A DNA stretch of 64,000 bases from Spirochaetia bacterium. Lineage in GTDB: Bacteria; Spirochaetota; Spirochaetia; SP-2023. The stretch covers positions 192,001 through 256,000 of the forward strand of contig OZ253665.1 of NCBI GenBank assembly GCA_965263295.1, in the 5' to 3' direction. Below the pieces are notes generated by a model. It made no database searches. It had not been told where the DNA came from and saw nothing but the letters and a program-made list of their open reading frames with translations. Of the stretch, positions 37,781-47,490 are shown in pieces (position 1 is the first letter of the stretch; each line of letters starts with the position of its first letter). The position numbers were made by a program, and so were the translations under genes.

Positions 37781-40390
37781 ATGGCAGAAGAAAACAAGAA
37801 AGTCGCAAAAAAAACTGGCCCTACTCTTGTCAAGAAAAAGCATGCGCCGACAGCTAGAAATCCTCATGAAATTGCTGGTGACGCCGCGAAGAAAAAAGTG
37901 GTGCGCAAAGTAGTTCGCAAGGTCGCGCTCAAGAAGAACGCTGTACAAGCATCTACGGAAATACTTGATTCACAGAGTGATGAATTTGCAAATAACGGGC
38001 GACCCGGTCCTTCGCTAAAGTCTGCCAGCCCTGAAAGTGCAAAGAATTCAGGGTCGGCGGCGGGTAGGCCCCTTGCGACTCAGCCACACCGCTTTAAAGA
38101 CCGAGGCCAATCTCAAGGCCAATCCCGAAGTCAATCTCAAGGTCAATCTCAAGGCCAAGGGGTGCGCGCAAAGTCGGCATCGGGAGAGCGTAAGGTCGCC
38201 GACAGGGAACGCCGCTTAAGTCCTGAGCAGCTCGGACGCCTGCGCGAGGCACGCCGCAAGGCGCAGCCCTCCGTCCAGTTTGAGATTGTTCGTCTGCCGC
38301 GCAAGCGTACAGCGGGCGAGCGAAGTCCGGGTCGCGGTCGGGGGACGAATCAGGGCGGCGCCCAAGGTGGCCGCGGGATGGGGCCAGGGCGTGGCCCGCG
38401 GCCGGGCCAGAGCGGCAATCCGAGAGCCAATGGCCTTAATAGTCCAGTCGCTGCCGCAACTATCGCCAATGCCCCAGCTCCGGCTTCAAACTCCAGAGGA
38501 GGTGTCCGAGGCGATAGCCGGCGTAGCGGCAAAGAGCGAGAGAAACAGGATCGCCGGCGTGAGGATTTGGAACATTTTGCCAACCAGGTTAGAAAGAAAA
38601 AGTCCTACACTGATGCGGACGTAGTGCCAAAAGAGATTTCGATTATGGAATCGATTACGGTTTCTGAACTGGCGCGGAAAATGAACCTTAAAGCTTCGGA
38701 CATTATCGGTAAATTGATGTTGCGTGGTACAATGGCCAGTATTAATCAGGCTATTGATTCGGAGACAGCGAGCAGTGTGGCTTCCAGTTTTCACTGTAAG
38801 GTCAACGTTGTTTCGCTTTACGAGGAGACCCTGATTGAATCGGAGGACGTGGACGAGGCGGACTACGTAAAGCGCCCGCCAGTCATCACCATTATGGGGC
38901 ACGTCGACCATGGCAAGACGACTCTGCTCGACGCGCTGCGCGAGTCCGATGTGGCCCACGGCGAACATGGTGGAATTACTCAGCATATTGGTGCCTACCA
39001 GGTTCGTTTGCCAGGCAGTGATGCGACCATTACTTTTCTCGACACGCCGGGTCACTCGGCTTTTTCGATGATGCGCGCCCGCGGCGCCCAAGTTACAGAC
39101 TTGATTGTTTTGATCGTCGCTGCCGATGACGGCGTGATGCCACAAACAGTCGAGGCCATCCACCACGCTAAAGAGGCCAAGGTTCCCGTCGTGGTGGCGA
39201 TTACCAAGTCTGACTTGGCGACAGCTAATCCGGACCGCATTAAACAGCAGCTTTCCGAGCACGATTTGATGCCCGCAGACTGGGGGGGCCAGACTTCCTA
39301 CATTGAAGTTTCAGCCTTTACCAAGCAGGGTTTGCCCGATTTATTGGAAACAATTGTGCTTGAAACTGAGATTTTGGAATTGAAATCTCCGCTCAAGGGG
39401 CGTGCTGAGGGGAAAGTCATTGAGGCCCGCATCGATCAAGGGCGCGGTATCGTTGCGACAGTACTGATTGAGCGCGGTACCTTGCGGGTCGGCGACACCT
39501 ATGTGGCCGGTGTTTATTCGGGCAAAGTACGCGCCATGTTCAATGAGCACGGGGATCGTTTGCAAGAGGCGACCCCCTCCACTCCTGTGGAGATTATTGG
39601 CCTTTCGGGTGCCCCTCTTTCGGGCGACCCCTTCCAGGCCACGGACAACGAAAAGCTCGCCCGCCAATATGGCCAGAAGCGGCAGGAACTCAAGAAGCAG
39701 GAGGCCAGTCAGGGGGCCAAGTTGACTTTGGATAACCTCTATGCCCAGATTCGCGACAATAGTGTTCAAGAGCTTAAAGTCATCATTAAGGGTGACGTGT
39801 ACGGTTCTGTCGAAGCGGTGCAGCAGGCCTTGGAGAAACTGAGCACGGATGAAATCCGTTTGAGTTGCATTCACGCCGCTGCCGGCGCTATTATCGAGAG
39901 CGATGTGACGCTCGCTTCGGCTTCTAATGCGATTATTATTGGCTTTCATGTGCGTCCGACGGTTAAGGCCCAGGCGCTGGCGGAACAGGAGAAGGTCGAT
40001 ATTCGCAAATATGGTATTATTTATGACGTTGTGGACAATATTCGAACGGCGATGGAAGGTATGCTGTCGCCCGAAAAGCAGGAGCATGTCATCGGCGAGG
40101 TGGAAGTGCGTACAACTTTCCGCAACTCACAGATCGGAACTATTGCCGGTTGTATGGTCGTCAAGGGCTCCGTAATTCGCAAGAGTCAGATTCGCGTTTT
40201 CAGGGACGATGTCGAAATCCATTTTGGGCAGCTCGGCAGTTTGAAGCGCTTTAAAGACGATGCGCGGGAAGTTCGCGAAGGCTTTGAGTGTGGCATTACT
40301 TTGGCAAATTTCAGCGATATTCAAGAAGGCGATCGCTTTGAAATTATTGAAGAGCGAGAAGTGGCCAAAAGGCTGAAGGTATCGGAATAA
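37781..40390 (+). CDS. infB: Translation initiation factor IF-2
   Basis: [36 protein letters not shown]. Confidence 0.99.
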   Translation: MAEENKKVAKKTGPTLVKKKHAPTARNPHEIAGDAAKKKVVRKVVRKVALKKNAVQASTEILDSQSDEFANNGRPGPSLKSASPESAKNSGSAAGRPLATQPHRFKDRGQSQGQSRSQSQGQSQGQGVRAKSASGERKVADRERRLSPEQLGRLREARRKAQPSVQFEIVRLPRKRTAGERSPGRGRGTNQGGAQGGRGMGPGRGPRPGQSGNPRANGLNSPVAAATIANAPAPASNSRGGVRGDSRRSGKEREKQDRRREDLEHFANQVRKKKSYTDADVVPKEISIMESITVSELARKMNLKASDIIGKLMLRGTMASINQAIDSETASSVASSFHCKVNVVSLYEETLIESEDVDEADYVKRPPVITIMGHVDHGKTTLLDALRESDVAHGEHGGITQHIGAYQVRLPGSDATITFLDTPGHSAFSMMRARGAQVTDLIVLIVAADDGVMPQTVEAIHHAKEAKVPVVVAITKSDLATANPDRIKQQLSEHDLMPADWGGQTSYIEVSAFTKQGLPDLLETIVLETEILELKSPLKGRAEGKVIEARIDQGRGIVATVLIERGTLRVGDTYVAGVYSGKVRAMFNEHGDRLQEATPSTPVEIIGLSGAPLSGDPFQATDNEKLARQYGQKRQELKKQEASQGAKLTLDNLYAQIRDNSVQELKVIIKGDVYGSVEAVQQALEKLSTDEIRLSCIHAAAGAIIESDVTLASASNAIIIGFHVRPTVKAQALAEQEKVDIRKYGIIYDVVDNIRTAMEGMLSPEKQEHVIGEVEVRTTFRNSQIGTIAGCMVVKGSVIRKSQIRVFRDDVEIHFGQLGSLKRFKDDAREVREGFECGITLANFSDIQEGDRFEIIEEREVAKRLKVSE

Positions 40391-40393
40391 GGG

Positions 40394-40789
40394 ATGAATA
40401 AACTGCGTCGCTCCAAGCTGGAAAGTCTGATTTTACAGTTGTTGGGTAAATTGATCAGCACACAGGAAATCAAGGACCACCGGGTGGGTAGCGATGTCGG
40501 CATAAGTTCGGTAAAGGTTAGTAATGACGGGGCTTACGCTGATGTCTATGTCTCCTCGTTTAAAAGTGCTGAACAGAGTGTAAAAGGTGCTGAGGGTCTG
40601 AATTCTGCGGCAGGTTTTGTCCGCCGCAAGCTAGCCCCAGTGCTTCACTTGCGCAAGATCCCTAATTTTCGTTTCCATGCCGACCATAGTCTTCGCCTGC
40701 AGATGGCTGTGCAGGAGCGCCTGCAGGGCTTGGAGGGGACAGCTGGAGACGCGGGCTCCAAGCTTGGGACTAGTATTGAGGATAGCTAG
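40394..40789 (+). CDS. rbfA: Ribosome-binding factor A
   Basis: IKDHRV, ADVYVS, LNSAAGFVR, LRKIPNFRF; follows infB. Confidence 0.95.
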   Translation: MNKLRRSKLESLILQLLGKLISTQEIKDHRVGSDVGISSVKVSNDGAYADVYVSSFKSAEQSVKGAEGLNSAAGFVRRKLAPVLHLRKIPNFRFHADHSLRLQMAVQERLQGLEGTAGDAGSKLGTSIEDS

Positions 40790-40837
40790 GCCAAGCGATA
40801 AGCATAGTGCCTACTAGCAACGGGTTATTGTTGCGAG

Positions 40838-41842
40838 ATGTCGGAGTCAAACAAAAGATCCATGTCAGGTAACGTATATTACCTGTATAAAGAGAGCGGA
40901 GATACTTCATTTGAGGCCATCCGCAAATTGCAAAGAGACCTCGGTTTGCGCAAGGTAGGTCATTGCGGCACTTTGGACAAGTTTGCCCAAGGCTTGCTAA
41001 TAGTTCTGAGTGATGGCGCGACTAAGCTTGCCGGAGCGATTACCGGCCTGGATAAAACTTATATTGCCGAAATTGAGTTTGGCCGCGAGACCGATACACT
41101 TGATCCAGGTGGGCGAACATTGCGCGAAGCGGATGTGCCCAGTGAGGCCCGTATTCTCGCGGAGCTGGACGCCTGGTGTAGCGAATTGCGTCTGAGCCAT
41201 GGCCTGATTTGGCAGCGGCCCCCCGCTTTTTCCGCCATACACAGCAATGGTGTGCGTCTATATCAAAAAGCCTTGGCGGGAGAAGACCTGAGTCAAATCC
41301 CAGCCCGCCAGGTCCAGCTATATTCTTGTCGATTTATAGCGTGGCAAACCCCCGTATTGAAGGTTGCATTGCATTGTTCTAAAGGTTTTTACGTGCGTTC
41401 TTTCGCACGCGATCTGGCGTTGCGCTGTTCATCTGCAGGGCACCTGCAAAGCTTGTTGCGTACTTCCATTGGCAGCATTTCTGTCCGCGATGCCCAAACT
41501 CTAAGCACAGGAGTTGCAGCTCGGAGCATTGTAAGTCTGCTGGACGAATTGGATGGCCAGCTCCCGATCCGAATCTTGAGGACGGGACGGGATTTGTATG
41601 CCAATGGAGAGATTGCCGCAGAAGACTGGCAGCTGTTGCGGCACGGCGGGATTCCGTCGGAAGTCTTTTCTGCGGCGCGCAAATATTCGGCAACTCCAGC
41701 TTGTGATCTTGAGGGTGATGATTGCTACCAATTTGCGCTGATACATCGGGGGCAAATCCTGGGCTTGTTTCGTTATCAGATGCAGCGGCAGGAAAATGGA
41801 ACCCGCAATCCCATTTTGAAATTTTGGCATAATTTTTGCTGA
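40838..41842 (+). CDS. truB: tRNA pseudouridine(55) synthase
   Basis: KVGHCGTLD, KTYIAEIEFGRETDTLD, QRPPAFSAI, CSKGFYVRS. Confidence 0.95.
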   Translation: MSESNKRSMSGNVYYLYKESGDTSFEAIRKLQRDLGLRKVGHCGTLDKFAQGLLIVLSDGATKLAGAITGLDKTYIAEIEFGRETDTLDPGGRTLREADVPSEARILAELDAWCSELRLSHGLIWQRPPAFSAIHSNGVRLYQKALAGEDLSQIPARQVQLYSCRFIAWQTPVLKVALHCSKGFYVRSFARDLALRCSSAGHLQSLLRTSIGSISVRDAQTLSTGVAARSIVSLLDELDGQLPIRILRTGRDLYANGEIAAEDWQLLRHGGIPSEVFSAARKYSATPACDLEGDDCYQFALIHRGQILGLFRYQMQRQENGTRNPILKFWHNFC

Positions 41843-41959
41843 AAATAATCTTACAGTTCTCATCAATTTCTGATCTCATTGCGTAATCGGCTCGTCAACC
41901 CTAGCCCACTGCTGAACGACATGTCAATTTTTCGATGTGTCTAGAATATCTTGTCTTGC

Positions 41960-41990
41960 TTGACAATTATGATGTTAGAAATTATTATCA
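41960..41990 (+). promoter_or_regulatory. sigma70 promoter with an overlapping Fur/PerR-like box
   Basis: TTGACA(41960)-N17-TATTAT(41983); TAGAAAT-T-ATTATCA (41976-41990) versus the 7-1-7 consensus TGATAAT-N-ATTATCA. Confidence 0.65.
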
Positions 41991-42034
41991 TTTTTTATTC
42001 GCTAGAACAAATTTATATTTAATAAGGACTATTT

Positions 42035-42982
42035 ATGAAAATATTGCCTATTTTCTTACTGTTTTTCCTCAGCTGCCTCGACCTTGCGGCCGCCCCCTCC
42101 CGTACGCTTGTACTCTGTGGCCCCGTTTTTGCCTGTATTTCTCATCCTTTTGCCCGCATGATTGAAATGCAGGCCCTGCAAGATGTGGCCGAAAATGTCG
42201 AACTCAGAGCCTGGAAAAGCGCCGACCAGATGCGAGCCATGGTCAGAGAGGGTGACTGTGACTTTGTCGCGGTTCCTTCCAATGTCGCAGCCACCTTGTA
42301 CAATAAAGGCGTCAACATACATTTGTTAAATATCTCTGTATGGGGTATTTTGGACCTAGTTACAAGAGATAAAAACCTTCGGCGCCTAGAAGACTTTCGC
42401 GGCAAGGAGATTCTGGTGCCGATGCGCGGGGAGATGCCAGACATTGTCCTGCGCACCCTGCTCAGGCAAAAGGGTCTGAGACCGCAGAAAGATATAAAGC
42501 TGGCTTACACCAATACTGCTATTCTGCAGATATTCCTCACAGGGCGTTACGACAATGTTTTACTCCCTGAGCCCTTGACTACAATGGTTATGCAAAAGTC
42601 TAAGTCCGCTCTGTTTCGAAGCGTCGACCTGGAGGAGGTCTATGGCAAGGTATTTTCCAAAGAGGCGCAGATGCCGCAAGCGGGGATAGCATTCGTGGGT
42701 AACCAGGACCCCCACGTTGTCGAGCGCGTCGCAGAAGAATACGACAAAGCGGTGATTTGGTACAAGAACTACCCCCAGGAGGCCGGTGCCCTGGCGGCGA
42801 AATATTTTCCGATGGTTGAGGCGGCAGCTGTCACGGAATCGCTTGCGCACATCCGTTTCCAGAGTGTGGCGGCGGCCGACGCCAGAGAAGAGTTGGAATT
42901 CTTCTTTGGAATTCTGCAACAGGCTGACCCTAAAATGATTGGTGGTAGACTCCCGGAGACAGATTTTTACCGTAAACCATGA
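42035..42982 (+). CDS. ABC importer substrate-binding protein (NitT/TauT-type)
   Basis: Signal peptide; PSNVAATLYNKG, PMRGEMPDIV, LLPEP, GGRLP..DFY. Confidence 0.88.
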   Translation: MKILPIFLLFFLSCLDLAAAPSRTLVLCGPVFACISHPFARMIEMQALQDVAENVELRAWKSADQMRAMVREGDCDFVAVPSNVAATLYNKGVNIHLLNISVWGILDLVTRDKNLRRLEDFRGKEILVPMRGEMPDIVLRTLLRQKGLRPQKDIKLAYTNTAILQIFLTGRYDNVLLPEPLTTMVMQKSKSALFRSVDLEEVYGKVFSKEAQMPQAGIAFVGNQDPHVVERVAEEYDKAVIWYKNYPQEAGALAAKYFPMVEAAAVTESLAHIRFQSVAAADAREELEFFFGILQQADPKMIGGRLPETDFYRKP

Positions 42983-43764
42983 AACTTCTTTGGAGCATTT
43001 TTAAAGGGATCCCAGCTTATCTGTGGAGCGGATGGAGCTCTGTGGCGTCAATTCTACTTTTCTTTGCCCTTTGGGATGCCACGGCCTCTTACTATGCCAG
43101 TGACCTGATCTTGCCATCGCCACAAACGACTTTGCTGACTCTGCGAGATCTGCTTGAGCAAGAGGCGACAATACAAGATTTGTTCATCACGATCAAACGA
43201 GTTTTGCTGGGTTTTGCCGTCTCTTTTGCCTTGGGTTCTTGCCTGGGGCTGCTCGCCGGGCTTTCTGTAACGGCCTCTTTGATCAGCCGTCCTCTGGTGA
43301 CTTTTTTTATCGGAATACCTCCGATCACTTGGCTTGTGTTAGGCATGATCTGGTTTGGTGTGGGAGACGGGACCGTAACCTTTACCGTGATTGTCGTCAG
43401 TATTCCGTTAATTTTTGTGGCGGCATTTCAGGCGACCTCGACTCTTGAAGGCAAGCTCAAGGAAATGGCCGACAGTTTTCACCTGCCCTTCGGAATGAAA
43501 TTGAGAGAAATTTATGTTCCACATATTTTTTCTTATGTATTTCCATCGTGGATTTATGCACTAAATACAAGTTGGAAGCTGGTTGTGATGGTGGAGTTGC
43601 TCTCTACCAGTGAAGGTTTGGGGGCCACCCTAGCTATCGCCAGAGCTCAATTAGACACTGCGGTGACAATGGCTCTGATCCTCTTGCTGATATGTATTAT
43701 GCTAGTCGTGGAATACGGTATCTTACAGCCTATCAAGCAGGAGGTGGAGGCATGGCGAGACTAG
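42979..43764 (+). CDS. ABC importer permease (NitT/TauT-type)
   Basis: ILPSP, GIPPITW, WKLVVMVELL...GLG. Confidence 0.92.
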   Translation: MKLLWSIFKGIPAYLWSGWSSVASILLFFALWDATASYYASDLILPSPQTTLLTLRDLLEQEATIQDLFITIKRVLLGFAVSFALGSCLGLLAGLSVTASLISRPLVTFFIGIPPITWLVLGMIWFGVGDGTVTFTVIVVSIPLIFVAAFQATSTLEGKLKEMADSFHLPFGMKLREIYVPHIFSYVFPSWIYALNTSWKLVVMVELLSTSEGLGATLAIARAQLDTAVTMALILLLICIMLVVEYGILQPIKQEVEAWRD

Positions 43765-44480
43765 CTGCAAAAAACTTGAGTTTTTCGTTTGGCTTGCAAA
43801 GCATTTTGAAGGAAATCAGTTTTGAGCTGGGCCAAGGTGAAGTGCTATCTGTTTTGGGGCCCAGCGGAGTGGGAAAGACTACCTTGCTGCATCTTTGCGC
43901 CGGCCTTTTGCAAACCGATGACGGGGAGTTGGAAAATTCCTTTGCTCATTCCGCTTTTGCCTTTCAGGATCCCAGATTGCTGCCGTGGAAGAATGCGATG
44001 GACAATATCGCTCTGGTCTTAAGGGCTCGTGGATTCAATCGTAGGAACGCCGCCATAAAAACGGCGCAAATTGCCCTGGATTTTGGCCTGGATGCCGGCG
44101 CTTTGCGGAAATTTCCCAAAGAACTGAGTGGGGGCATGCGGCAGCGAGTCTCTTTTGCCAGATCTCTGGTCGTACAGCCAGAGCTTTTGTTCCTGGATGA
44201 GCCTTTTTCCGCTCTGGATGTAGGCCTTAAAAAAGAGTTACAGATTCAGTTGATTCGCCATGTGGATGAAAACCGCCTCACTGTGTTTTTTATCACTCAC
44301 GACCTGATGGAAGCCGTCGCACTCAGTGACCGCATTTTGCTGCTGGCTGCGGCTCCGGGCCGGATTGTCAGCACCTTATCCATTGCCACTCCGCGGTCGC
44401 AGCGAAATGATGCATTTGTCCATCGAGAGACTGCGGATATGCTTACCAATCCCGCCATTCGCCAGACCTTTGGAATCTGA
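43752..44480 (+). CDS. ABC importer ATPase (NitT/TauT-type)
   Basis: GPSGVGKT, FQDPRLLPW, LSGGMRQR, LFLDEPFSALD. Confidence 0.95.
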   Translation: MARLAAKNLSFSFGLQSILKEISFELGQGEVLSVLGPSGVGKTTLLHLCAGLLQTDDGELENSFAHSAFAFQDPRLLPWKNAMDNIALVLRARGFNRRNAAIKTAQIALDFGLDAGALRKFPKELSGGMRQRVSFARSLVVQPELLFLDEPFSALDVGLKKELQIQLIRHVDENRLTVFFITHDLMEAVALSDRILLLAAAPGRIVSTLSIATPRSQRNDAFVHRETADMLTNPAIRQTFGI

Positions 44481-44482
44481 CT

Positions 44483-45706
44483 TTGAAATTTAACACTTTG
44501 GAATTTAATTTTTATGGATTTTCACCCCAAACCCAGATGAGAACAGATACCAATCCCCGTCATCTCCAGTCCGCTGATTTTGCCGATTTCGCCCGTAGAT
44601 TCTTTCCCGTTCTGGGACTCTTTTATATGGCGCTCGTGATGCTTCTGTTCGTTTTCTATGGGCGCAAAATCTGCTTGTCTGTCATTACCTGTGAGGAGCG
44701 GATGCAGTGGTATCAATACGAGTTGCTCTTTGGCATGGGAAGCTGCGCCATGATTGTATTTTTTTCACAGGCTTCTGGACACCGCACCGGCGCGCCATGT
44801 ATGTTCGGCACAAGGCGTCTCATTTTACTGAGCGGCCTCTGGCTACTTGGGCGCTTCAATCATTTGACCCTAAACCTTTGGGGTATCTGGAGCACCGCCC
44901 TCCTTGATCTGACTTTTTCAGCAGTGGCCCTGAGCGGCAGCTTGCATTTTCTGCTTTCGGACAAACGCAAGGCTTCCATAGGCTATACTTTGTTGTTCAT
45001 TTTCGCCATACAGATTTACTATTTTGGCTGTTCTGTACGGCTATTTGCGGGGAGCAGCCATGCCGCGCTTGATCTGGCTTTGGGCGCAGTTATTTTGCTG
45101 GCAATTCTCGTTTTGAAACGCATTTATATACTGAATGTCACGCGAGGTCAGAATGTGGCATCCTGTGTGCCGCTCCCGCGCTATCATCTTGCAAGCTTTT
45201 GTATCGCCCTGTTTACCGCTGTGGAGTTTTGCGGGTATTCGCCTTCGTTGTCTGGCTGGCTTGGACTGGCGACAATGGCTGCCGTGCTGGGGGTTTTGAG
45301 TGATCTCAGGATCAGGGATTTATACCCTAGGATCACAATGCTTTATTTCTTGGCCGTTTTTGTTCTTGCGGCCTCTGGCTATGGAATGCTGGGCTATGGT
45401 TATTTACATAAAGATTTTGCCGCCAATTATTATTCCAGATATCTTCTGTTGACCGGTGTCCTGAGTCTGTCTTTTTATATGTTACTCACGTCAGCTGCAG
45501 ATATTGGGCGGAACCAAGACGGGCACTATTTGCTTGTTGTGGGCGCGGTTCTGCTCGTCGCTGCCGCCCTCATGCAGGCCAGCATTGCGTTTTTGCCCCG
45601 CTACAAGGCTCAGCTGGAATTGGGTGCCGGCTTATCTGCAATTATCGCTTGGATATTGCCCGTTATACGTTTTGGGTGTTTTTATCCTTCTGACTCACAG
45701 AGTTGA
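44483..45706 (+). CDS. NnrS-like membrane protein, divergent
   Basis: Multi-TM; W.QYELLFG, LWLLGR, SGWLGLA..A, LLLTG pattern. Confidence 0.6.
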   Translation: MKFNTLEFNFYGFSPQTQMRTDTNPRHLQSADFADFARRFFPVLGLFYMALVMLLFVFYGRKICLSVITCEERMQWYQYELLFGMGSCAMIVFFSQASGHRTGAPCMFGTRRLILLSGLWLLGRFNHLTLNLWGIWSTALLDLTFSAVALSGSLHFLLSDKRKASIGYTLLFIFAIQIYYFGCSVRLFAGSSHAALDLALGAVILLAILVLKRIYILNVTRGQNVASCVPLPRYHLASFCIALFTAVEFCGYSPSLSGWLGLATMAAVLGVLSDLRIRDLYPRITMLYFLAVFVLAASGYGMLGYGYLHKDFAANYYSRYLLLTGVLSLSFYMLLTSAADIGRNQDGHYLLVVGAVLLVAAALMQASIAFLPRYKAQLELGAGLSAIIAWILPVIRFGCFYPSDSQS

Positions 45707-45809
45707 TTTTCGCAACAATTTGAATCCGTGGCGATTTGTGCGGCAGCCCTTAATTATTTTATATAATTATTTTTATTGGGGTCATTGGTTGAATCTCAGG
45801 AAGAATGCT

Positions 45810-47456
45810 TTAGTGATAAAAGTGGCGTACGCCCGTACAAACGATGATAATGCCATATTCATCGGCGGCCTCGATAACTTCTCGATCGCGTATGGACCCT
45901 CCCGGATGGATGATGGCGCGCGCACCATATGCAGCGGCCTGGTCCACGGTGTCACGGAACGGCAAAAAGGCGTCGGAAGCCATGTAGCTCCCTTCCGTCG
46001 GGAAGCCCATATTTATCATCTTCTGGGCGGCAATTTTTACCGCGTCGATGCGGCTCATCTGTCCTGCGCCAATACCGGGCGCGGCAAAGTCTCGGCTAAA
46101 AACGATGGCATTCGACTTTACCCGACTGGCAATCTTCCAGGCAAATAGCAATTCCTGTAGGTCGTGATCAGTGGCCTGGACCTTTGAGACGCAGCGGAAG
46201 CCGGCTATTTCATCCATTTCATTTTCCGCTTTGAGGCTCTCGTCGAGTTTCTGGATCGCAAAGCCGCCGCTGAGGGCGCGGAAATCTAAACTGGGTATTA
46301 GGATTCCGTCTGTCGGGCCAGGGATTTGCAGGATGCGCAGGTTCTTTTTGGACTGCAGCTTTGCCAGGGCAGCTTCTGTGAAACTGGGCGCGAGCACAAT
46401 TTCGTAAAAAATTTCGCTGAGCTTTTCGGCCAAGGCTAGGTCGACTGCACGATTGACGGCGACAACGCCACCGAAGGCAGAATCTGTGTCGCACGCCAGG
46501 GCCCGGTCGTAAATGCTCTCCATATTTTCTGCGGGGGCCTGGTTTTCTGCGGAGGCCTGGTTTTCTGCGGAGGCCTGGCGATCGCGACCAATGGCTGCGC
46601 CACAGGCGTTCTGGTGCTTGACAATGATGACGGCTCTCTGGCGAAAGAGGCGCAAAAAGCCCAGTGCGGCTTCGGCGTCGAGGAAGTTGTTGTACGACAT
46701 TTCCTTGCCGTGCATTTGCTGACATTGCGTCACCAAGCCGCTGCCAGCCGCGGGGGTCTGGTAAATGGCCCCCGCTTGATGGGGATTTTCGCCATAACGC
46801 GCAATCTGGCGGCGTTCTCCGGCGATCAAAAGCTTTTCGGGAAAGAGCTCGCCGTTGAGCTGGTTAAACCAGGCGCTAATCATCGCGTCGTAATGAGCCG
46901 TATGGCTGTAAACCTTGGCAGCCAGACAGCGGCGCGTGGCCAGGGCGATGTGGCCATTCTCGCGCCATTCGCGCATAAATGCCGGGTAATCACCGGGCTG
47001 ACAAAGGACGCTAATGCTTTGGTAGTTTTTTGCTGCGGAGCGGAGCATCGACGGGCCGCCAATGTCAATATTTTCAATGATATTGGCTTCGTCGTTGGCG
47101 GCGGAGGAGCTGGCTGCCCGAGCGAATGGATAAAGGTTGACGACGACTACCCGGATGTCGCGCAGCTCGCTGCGCCTGCTTTCTTCGACATGTGCCATTT
47201 CTTGGCGCAAATAGAGTAGGGAACCGTGAACCTTCGGATCTAGGGTCTTCACCCGACCGTCGAGAATTTCCCGCGCCCCGGTGAAGTCAGAAATATTTTC
47301 AACTTCCAAGCCATTGTCGCGCAGGAATCTAGCCGTGGAACTGGTGGCCATCAGCCTTAGACTTTGATCTTGGAGAAAGCGGGCCAACTCGGCCGCTCCT
47401 CTTGTGTCGGAAAGGCTGAAGAGGGCGTATTGAATATGTTCTTTGTCTGGTTCCAT
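45810..47456 (-). CDS. purH: Bifunctional AICAR formyltransferase / IMP cyclohydrolase
   Basis: [52 protein letters not shown]. Confidence 0.98.
   Translation of the reverse strand: MEPDKEHIQYALFSLSDTRGAAELARFLQDQSLRLMATSSTARFLRDNGLEVENISDFTGAREILDGRVKTLDPKVHGSLLYLRQEMAHVEESRRSELRDIRVVVVNLYPFARAASSSAANDEANIIENIDIGGPSMLRSAAKNYQSISVLCQPGDYPAFMREWRENGHIALATRRCLAAKVYSHTAHYDAMISAWFNQLNGELFPEKLLIAGERRQIARYGENPHQAGAIYQTPAAGSGLVTQCQQMHGKEMSYNNFLDAEAALGFLRLFRQRAVIIVKHQNACGAAIGRDRQASAENQASAENQAPAENMESIYDRALACDTDSAFGGVVAVNRAVDLALAEKLSEIFYEIVLAPSFTEAALAKLQSKKNLRILQIPGPTDGILIPSLDFRALSGGFAIQKLDESLKAENEMDEIAGFRCVSKVQATDHDLQELLFAWKIASRVKSNAIVFSRDFAAPGIGAGQMSRIDAVKIAAQKMINMGFPTEGSYMASDAFLPFRDTVDQAAAYGARAIIHPGGSIRDREVIEAADEYGIIIVCTGVRHFYH
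46525..46578 (-). repeat. 18-bp in-frame tandem repeat x3 (QASAEN) in purH
   Basis: ttttctgcgg(a/g)ggcctgg x3. Confidence 0.95.
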
Positions 47457-47490
47457 AAGTAAGTCCTTTGCTAAATTCGAGTTCTGGCTC

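Noticed and set aside
36861..40087. Long antisense ORFs (248-261 aa) opposite nusA and infB
   Set aside because: Shadow ORFs of conserved genes with no recognisable motifs.
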